DNA of 64,000 bases from a virus: IMG/VR virus record IMGVR_UViG_3300020159_002019, positions 45,291-109,290 of that record, one strand, 5' to 3'. The position numbers were made by a program, and so were the translations under genes. The first letter of the stretch is position 1. Each line of letters begins with the position of its first letter. Shown piece after piece: positions 57,857-64,000 of this stretch. Under the pieces are notes generated by a model that saw only the letters and a list, made by a program, of their open reading frames with translations, was not told the DNA's origin and made no database searches.

Positions 57857-59035
57857 ATGGATATACTTTCTTTACAAATCGACTCAAAATACAAAAAATG
57901 GTTAAAAAATCTTTATGATGGTAGTGGCTTACACCCTTCATTCGTTTTTATGTGTAATAAACATAAACGATTGAGTGATAATATACCTATTGAATATCGT
58001 GATATTTTTAACTTTAAATCCGTAGATGATTTCATATCATATGTGGATAGTTTAGAATCTGAAACAGAAAAAGAAGAAACTATTAAAAATAGTGGATCTA
58101 CAACAATTTATGAAAATGAAGATTTTTTAGTGAAAAGAATTCATAATTTGGATGCTATGAAATTATATGGTAAGGGAAGTAAATGGTGTATTGCTTCTGA
58201 CGATATTAATATTTGGGATAAATATGAGAAGTATGGTGATATTTTCTTCTTGGTGTTTTCTAAAAAATTACCATACACAAGCCAATTTAATAAGTTTGTC
58301 GTTCAATTAAACAATCAAAAATATTTAACGATTTGGGATAGAACGGATTGTGCTTATGGGTCCAACATATTTGATTTAATTAATTTAGATGGTGAGATAT
58401 TCCGAAATCATTATAATTTAGAGATAGTGTCAAAACTAATACATTATATTTCAGATATTAATGTGTTAGATGTATTAGTTAATAATAACGCAATAATAGC
58501 GGGTGGTGCTCTAACATCTATTATATTGAATGAAAGAATAAATGATTTTGATATATGGTTTTCAAATGAAAACGACTACAAACAAGCTATTATTAATATG
58601 AATGTTTTATATATGACAAAGAAAAACCAATCTAATGATAATGTTTTTGAGTATATTAGTCATAGTAAATATACGACTACCAACGCTATAACATATACTA
58701 TTGATAATAAAAAATATCAATTCATTAGTCCATCCAGATATACTTTTGGTAATGTTGATACAATAATCAATCAATTTGATTTCACTTGTGTTATGTGTGG
58801 TGTGGATGTAAAAAATAAAAAATTAATACATAATGATAAGTTTTTTAGTGATGCTAAATCTAAAAAATTAATCATAAATAAAGGGTTAAAATCACCAGCT
58901 TCTTTATTGGATAGGATTGTTAAATACACCAAAAAAGGATATAGGGTTTCTAAAGAATCACAAAGAGATGCTCTAAGATTATTATCTAAAGTGACTGAAC
59001 AGGAAATAAATGACGTGACACTAACAATGTATTAA
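57857..59035 (+). CDS. YG-KWC family domain fused to nucleotidyltransferase (poly(A) polymerase/CCA-adding-like head)
   Basis: AMKLYGKGSKWCIA; IIAGGAL...INDFDIWF; FDFTCV; RIVKYTKKGY. Confidence 0.65.
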   Translation: MDILSLQIDSKYKKWLKNLYDGSGLHPSFVFMCNKHKRLSDNIPIEYRDIFNFKSVDDFISYVDSLESETEKEETIKNSGSTTIYENEDFLVKRIHNLDAMKLYGKGSKWCIASDDINIWDKYEKYGDIFFLVFSKKLPYTSQFNKFVVQLNNQKYLTIWDRTDCAYGSNIFDLINLDGEIFRNHYNLEIVSKLIHYISDINVLDVLVNNNAIIAGGALTSIILNERINDFDIWFSNENDYKQAIINMNVLYMTKKNQSNDNVFEYISHSKYTTTNAITYTIDNKKYQFISPSRYTFGNVDTIINQFDFTCVMCGVDVKNKKLIHNDKFFSDAKSKKLIINKGLKSPASLLDRIVKYTKKGYRVSKESQRDALRLLSKVTEQEINDVTLTMY

Positions 59036-60838
59036 TTATTTCAATCTAACTATAATGTCAATAGAAGGGTTTAATATTTGTAAGATTTGATTATCATCTG
59101 CAAGTATTACCTCTTCTGTTATTTGTATTTCACCATCAGAAGCCACAGTTTGAACCGATGTATTTTGTGAGTAAATACCACCCACTTTATTATATACTTT
59201 AAGTGATGTTAAGTTTAATACCCCTGGCGTATTCATAATGGCGTTTTTAACTGTCCCTAAAAAAACATCATCACCCAAAGCAAGTTTAGATTTATCAAAA
59301 ATATTGGCGATATTTGTTACAATCGCTGATGATAAATCGGTTGGTGAGTATTGTTTATTGTACTGAACATCTAATACAAAACTAAGATTAACTACCTGAG
59401 CTGGTTGAACAACCACATAGTCATTTATCATTCTATATTGTGATAAGTAAGTCGATATGTTATTCGCTATATTAGAGTTAATATCACTTGTTAAATTACC
59501 ATTTACGTCAGTAGTAAGGATATTTACATTTATCTTATTACCTGTTTTAGTAACACTAACCTTAGAAGGCGCTCCAAACTTACCAGGCATCTTAAATATT
59601 TGTGATTCGTAATCTTCAAGGGTAACACACCTTTCTTGTGATGCGAAATTAAAACCAATATAATTCCTCGCTTCTTCTATTGTAGGTTGATTTGCTCCAC
59701 CTAATGAAGAAGTAACATTCGTCGCTCTTAATGAATTAGAAACTGCTGTATTGATAGTTGAATTAGGTCCATTAACAACGAAATTAGATGATGTAATCCT
59801 TGTAAGTGTGTTAGGGTTAAGAATTGATTGTTGTCCCCCACCAACTCTATATTTAACAAATATTGTTGTATTTGCTTTTGGCGCTAAACCTAAAACAGGG
59901 TTATTAGTAATCTCGTTATAATCAATATTAAATTCGTTTAATGTAAATTGTGTGATTGCATCGTTATCGGTTTCAGATCCACCAAAAGTAATAACCATAA
60001 AGTTTTCTGGTGTATATTCCGTAATAAACTTTTTATTTATTTTAGTCCATTTACCTTGTCTGATTCCATCTACAACAGGTAGGTTAGGATCTTCAATATA
60101 AACGCTTTGTTGAGCTAAAGCATCTACTTCAAACCATCTTTGATTATCGTCAAAAAATACTGAATCTTCAGGGATTGTGGTAATTGCTGTTCCATCTTGA
60201 ACTACTATTGAACTAATAGAAAGAACATTTCTTTCAGGTAGAATAATTTGATAGAATGGTTTAACATTATTTGTATTTACGATTTGTCTAAGTGTTCTTG
60301 TTTCACCATTTACAACAACCTCTGTTTTAATTATTTGATATGAAACAACTTTATTGTTTGCATCAAATATTGGTAATTTTAACCTATTTTGAAAACCATT
60401 TGAGTTAATCGTTGAAGAAAAATCAATATCAGTTAAAGTTTCAAATACCTGACCACCGCCACTAATTTTAGTCCCTGCTTTAAGGATACCTAAATAATTT
60501 ACATCTTCTTTATCACCATCAACAGGAACATTTATACTGAATTGACATACAGCAACTGAAGGTCTATTTCCTGGTATTTTTAAACCATAGGTTCTGGCAA
60601 TATTATAGATTGAATTAGTTTGTTGTGCGAATTGAAGATAAGTTTCTTGGATACTTCTATCAATGTGGAAGTTTAAGTTATCGGCAACAGCTGCGTTGAT
60701 ATCTACTAATACTGAGAATAAACCAGCATCACCAAAGTTGGTAATTAAATCAGGGTAATAAGTTTGAACATAACCAATAAGTTCATTTCTTAAACCTGTG
60801 AATTCACGTTCTGCGTATGATATTTTTCTTTCTGCCAT
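59036..60838 (-). CDS. Baseplate wedge subunit (T4 gp6/baseplate J-like)
   Basis: ETYLQFAQ...SIYNIARTYG; YRVGGG; ASQERCVTLEDY. Confidence 0.85.
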   Translation of the reverse strand: MAERKISYAEREFTGLRNELIGYVQTYYPDLITNFGDAGLFSVLVDINAAVADNLNFHIDRSIQETYLQFAQQTNSIYNIARTYGLKIPGNRPSVAVCQFSINVPVDGDKEDVNYLGILKAGTKISGGGQVFETLTDIDFSSTINSNGFQNRLKLPIFDANNKVVSYQIIKTEVVVNGETRTLRQIVNTNNVKPFYQIILPERNVLSISSIVVQDGTAITTIPEDSVFFDDNQRWFEVDALAQQSVYIEDPNLPVVDGIRQGKWTKINKKFITEYTPENFMVITFGGSETDNDAITQFTLNEFNIDYNEITNNPVLGLAPKANTTIFVKYRVGGGQQSILNPNTLTRITSSNFVVNGPNSTINTAVSNSLRATNVTSSLGGANQPTIEEARNYIGFNFASQERCVTLEDYESQIFKMPGKFGAPSKVSVTKTGNKINVNILTTDVNGNLTSDINSNIANNISTYLSQYRMINDYVVVQPAQVVNLSFVLDVQYNKQYSPTDLSSAIVTNIANIFDKSKLALGDDVFLGTVKNAIMNTPGVLNLTSLKVYNKVGGIYSQNTSVQTVASDGEIQITEEVILADDNQILQILNPSIDIIVRLK

Positions 60839-61212
60839 TATATTGTAATATTAATTGTATCTTGCTTTCCAAATATTGAGCCATTGTTTATGTATTTAAT
60901 TTGAAGATTGGCTTTTCTTTCGTTATTTGGGTCTATGTTTATTATTATATCAGTTATTTGTAATTGTGGGAAGTATTTTGTAACCGCAGTTTTTACTTCT
61001 TCTTTCATTGCATCATAGGTGGTATTATCATTCGGATTAAAGATAAAGTTTCTAAGATTTGTTCCAAAATCAGGTAAATAATATCTTTCACCTTTATTAG
61101 TTAATAATAAATGCGTCAATGATGAACGTATTTCATCATTAGTTGTTGTTGTTTGTTTAACAAATTCAGTATCACTCTCTGTGAATGGAAAAAATATACC
61201 AATACTAGCCAT
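60838..61212 (-). CDS. Baseplate wedge subunit gp25-like
   Basis: LLLTNKGERYYLPDFGTNL. Confidence 0.9.
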   Translation of the reverse strand: MASIGIFFPFTESDTEFVKQTTTTNDEIRSSLTHLLLTNKGERYYLPDFGTNLRNFIFNPNDNTTYDAMKEEVKTAVTKYFPQLQITDIIINIDPNNERKANLQIKYINNGSIFGKQDTINITI

Positions 61213-61267
61213 ATTTAAATAAATATATTACTTTAGAATTTTTGAAAATCATTTATTTATTATATAA

Positions 61268-63928
61268 ATGAATAAATATAGAATTAAAACTAAAATACTT
61301 CCTGAGCAAAATCAATACTTAAAAGTAAATCTTGAACAAGATTTTGATGTGCTCGATATTTTAACTTTAAGCGTTTATGGAACGGATGCGTATCCTAACC
61401 CTTGTGGGGATTGGGGTGTTATTATGGGTAGAATTGTTGATAGTAATAGTTTCCCAATGGAAAATGTTAAAGTTGGTTATGTGATACCATTAGATGATAA
61501 TGATAAAAATGATATAACTATTAGTTCCATATATAATGACATTATGGGTAATAAATATCCTTTATTACCGAAATATAAGGTAAATAAAAATCATTATCCT
61601 GTTGGTGGATTTCCGAGCGAAGATGAGGTAATGGCTAATTCAGCTTTGGAATATGTTTATAAAAAATATTTTAAATTCGTAACCTCAACCAATCAAAATG
61701 GTGATTACACTATTTTAGGTATTCCATTAGGTAAGGGTAGTTTAGTGATGAATTTTGATAGTACCGATGCTGGTTCATTAAGCACAACACCGGTTCAACA
61801 ATTAGCGACAGGTAATAAAGATAAGAAAAACTTTAAAAAGGATCAAAGATTAAATGGTTCTCCGATAAGTGCTAATAGTGGTGATCCTGTCACAGGTAAT
61901 ACTAGCGGTGCGTCAGTTTCTTTGGGTAATATAACACAAATAGGTGAAGGTGGGACTGTGGTAAATGTTATAACCGGAGCAACCGCAACTGCTGTGGGTG
62001 GTGGGACAAACTCGAAAAATCAGGCTGGGGATACTATATCGGTAATACAAAAACAAATTCCTAATGATGGTAGTGGTGTTGATAATACAGCGGGCGTTTT
62101 AATATCAAGATCAACAGACATTCAAATTAAATCATTTTTTGGTGATTTTGATATATGTGAAATAGGTATAAATAGGTATGATTATAAATTAGATTATAGA
62201 TACCAACCTTGTAATTATATTATTGGTTCATTTTATGCTGATTTTGCGGTGTTTAATTCTGCAACGCCGACATATACAATAAATAATATGGCTTTGGCCA
62301 CATCTAAACAAAATATGGGTGGTAAAGTAGCATTTTTATTGGATGGAACAGATGAAATTGATCCTGATGTTTCGGCTGATGTCGCACCTGATGGAACATT
62401 TTATGCTGCGATACCTTGTAAATGGGATAGGTATAATATCGATGAAGAAGGTAATTGGTATAAGACAAATGATGATTTTACTAAGAATCCAACAGGTATT
62501 TTTACGAGAACACCTTATTGTTTAATGATATACATTAATAATAATGTTAGTGTAAATTTAAATGATAGTAAAACTTATTCAAGGGCTTCAAGTATAGGTT
62601 TTAACTTAAATAATAGTGCTGATTTTGTAGAACAAATAGGTTATGACGGCTCAACTGGTATAACGACAGTTAATAGATTTAATATTAACTATAACGCTCA
62701 ATACTATCCGGCATCACCATTCCCAAATGGGTTTTATAACCCAATAAATACTAATTATTATCCATATCCAAAAGAAGATGTTGGAACAAAGTATAGAAAT
62801 GGTGCTGAGTTAAATTGGGATTATACTAATAGGAGAAGTAATATTTATACAATAGCAAGTCAATGGACAAAGTATGGTTATTATTCAGCATTAAATGTTG
62901 AAAATAATGGATTAAGTGGAACATATAGTGATATATTAACAAAGGGTAGATATGCTCCAATGCCAAATTGTTATTCAACAAAACCATTATCAGGTAATAC
63001 ACAACTTATCACTACTTTAACGACTAAAGGTTTGGCTTTACCTGGTGAGCAATTACCATTAGATGACACTAATTTAAACAATAGTAATTGGTATCCGTAT
63101 AATACAGATACAGGTTTATATCCTGATGGAACAATAGGTAATACTAGTAATCCACCACCCCCTGTAACCAACCCACCAACCCCAAGTGACAATTTACCTG
63201 ATTTTAATTTTACAAATTTTAATCCGGATGTTGGTATTTGGTCAAATGATGGTGGTAACACAAATAGTGTGTTTGAAGTTAAAAGTGCTGGTAATTATAA
63301 CATAAAAGGTAGTTTTAGGATGATTGGTGATGTACAGGTTAAATATAGGGGTAATGATCCACCCTATACTTATGATGATCTTTGGTATTCTTATGCGATT
63401 AAGAAATATTCTAATGGTAATAATATAAATTTATTAGTGGGTAGGCAAAATGCCGCTAATAATTCAGGAATACAATATGGATTATTTAAAGATTTTAGTT
63501 TTAATGAAAATTATTACTTACAAGAAGGTGATTTAATATATTTTCAGTTTTACTCTGAACAACTCACGGAACGTAGAAATATGCGTTTAGAAAATGTTAA
63601 TATTAATTTCTTTAAAAGACCTACTGGTAATATATTCCCTTTAATTATTGGTAATATGTATTTACCAACATTTGAGGCTACTAAATACGATACTGTGTAT
63701 TATCCAATCGGAGCTGGAAAAGATATTTTTGACACGAATAGTGGTGGATTTAACGCACCTAAATTAACCGAAATGGATTTAATGCTTTATCCAATAACAG
63801 ATGAAATGTTTAACATTGTTGAACATACACAAATAAATAACCCATATGAAAATGAAACAATAAATTATTATTTCTTTTGTAATCAATATTGGAAATTAAG
63901 AGATTTTATATATAACGAAATAAACTAA
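61268..63928 (+). CDS. Large putative structural protein
   Basis: 886 aa; beta-rich; TNQNGDYTILGIPLG carboxypeptidase-regulatory-like motif. Confidence 0.5.
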   Translation: MNKYRIKTKILPEQNQYLKVNLEQDFDVLDILTLSVYGTDAYPNPCGDWGVIMGRIVDSNSFPMENVKVGYVIPLDDNDKNDITISSIYNDIMGNKYPLLPKYKVNKNHYPVGGFPSEDEVMANSALEYVYKKYFKFVTSTNQNGDYTILGIPLGKGSLVMNFDSTDAGSLSTTPVQQLATGNKDKKNFKKDQRLNGSPISANSGDPVTGNTSGASVSLGNITQIGEGGTVVNVITGATATAVGGGTNSKNQAGDTISVIQKQIPNDGSGVDNTAGVLISRSTDIQIKSFFGDFDICEIGINRYDYKLDYRYQPCNYIIGSFYADFAVFNSATPTYTINNMALATSKQNMGGKVAFLLDGTDEIDPDVSADVAPDGTFYAAIPCKWDRYNIDEEGNWYKTNDDFTKNPTGIFTRTPYCLMIYINNNVSVNLNDSKTYSRASSIGFNLNNSADFVEQIGYDGSTGITTVNRFNINYNAQYYPASPFPNGFYNPINTNYYPYPKEDVGTKYRNGAELNWDYTNRRSNIYTIASQWTKYGYYSALNVENNGLSGTYSDILTKGRYAPMPNCYSTKPLSGNTQLITTLTTKGLALPGEQLPLDDTNLNNSNWYPYNTDTGLYPDGTIGNTSNPPPPVTNPPTPSDNLPDFNFTNFNPDVGIWSNDGGNTNSVFEVKSAGNYNIKGSFRMIGDVQVKYRGNDPPYTYDDLWYSYAIKKYSNGNNINLLVGRQNAANNSGIQYGLFKDFSFNENYYLQEGDLIYFQFYSEQLTERRNMRLENVNINFFKRPTGNIFPLIIGNMYLPTFEATKYDTVYYPIGAGKDIFDTNSGGFNAPKLTEMDLMLYPITDEMFNIVEHTQINNPYENETINYYFFCNQYWKLRDFIYNEIN

Positions 63929-63929
63929 A

Positions 63930-64000
63930 ATGGAAAATAAGAAAATATTATTACCGAATAAAAAATACATTGGAAGTCCTGATAAAGATATCCAAATTAA
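63930..64000 (+). CDS. Hypothetical protein, 3'-truncated by window edge
   Basis: ATG directly after previous stop; frame open to end. Confidence 0.5.
   Translation, partial: MENKKILLPNKKYIGSPDKDIQI

Noticed and set aside
1398-63261. Many short antisense or alternate-frame ORFs inside long genes (e.g. 1398-1976, 3076-3534, 12663-13034, 29023-29385, 57340-57558)
   Set aside because: Fully overlap better-supported genes and have no motifs.
1-64000. Stop-codon reassignment (code 15 or 4) as in some large phages
   Set aside because: Genes are long and intact in code 11, TAG and TGA end genes normally, and no suppressor tRNA (CTA/TCA) was seen.

Overview
AT-rich 64-kb segment of a large T4-like (myovirus-type) jumbo phage genome read in the standard genetic code. 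The host is most likely Bacteroidota, based on repeated TTTG-N19/20-TAnnTTTG promoters and a T9SS C-terminal sorting domain. The window carries a secreted/outer-membrane protein operon, an SNF2 helicase, four DNA methyltransferases, tail/baseplate genes, replication and nucleotide genes (primase, DnaB-like helicase, 5'-3' exonuclease, dUTPase, class II RNR), ClpP, YqeY, a vWA/DUF2828-like protein and about 28 tRNA genes plus tRNA-like elements. Main observation: the elongator tRNAs are split into three operons that together cover all 20 amino acids. Each operon is preceded by an unannotated leader peptide ORF whose codons match the tRNAs of that operon, then an antiterminator segment and an intrinsic terminator. 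This looks like ribosome-mediated transcription attenuation that turns on phage tRNA sets when the matching host tRNAs are depleted. Other notable items: a glycosyltransferase interrupted by an endonuclease cassette with a duplicated N-terminus and a GGT-TGA-n5-GGT bypass/split junction, mini-ORFs encoding fragments of the major capsid protein, a probable +1 frameshift upstream of the tape measure gene, and several structured ncRNA candidates. All calls come from manual reading of motifs; no searches or folding programs were run.
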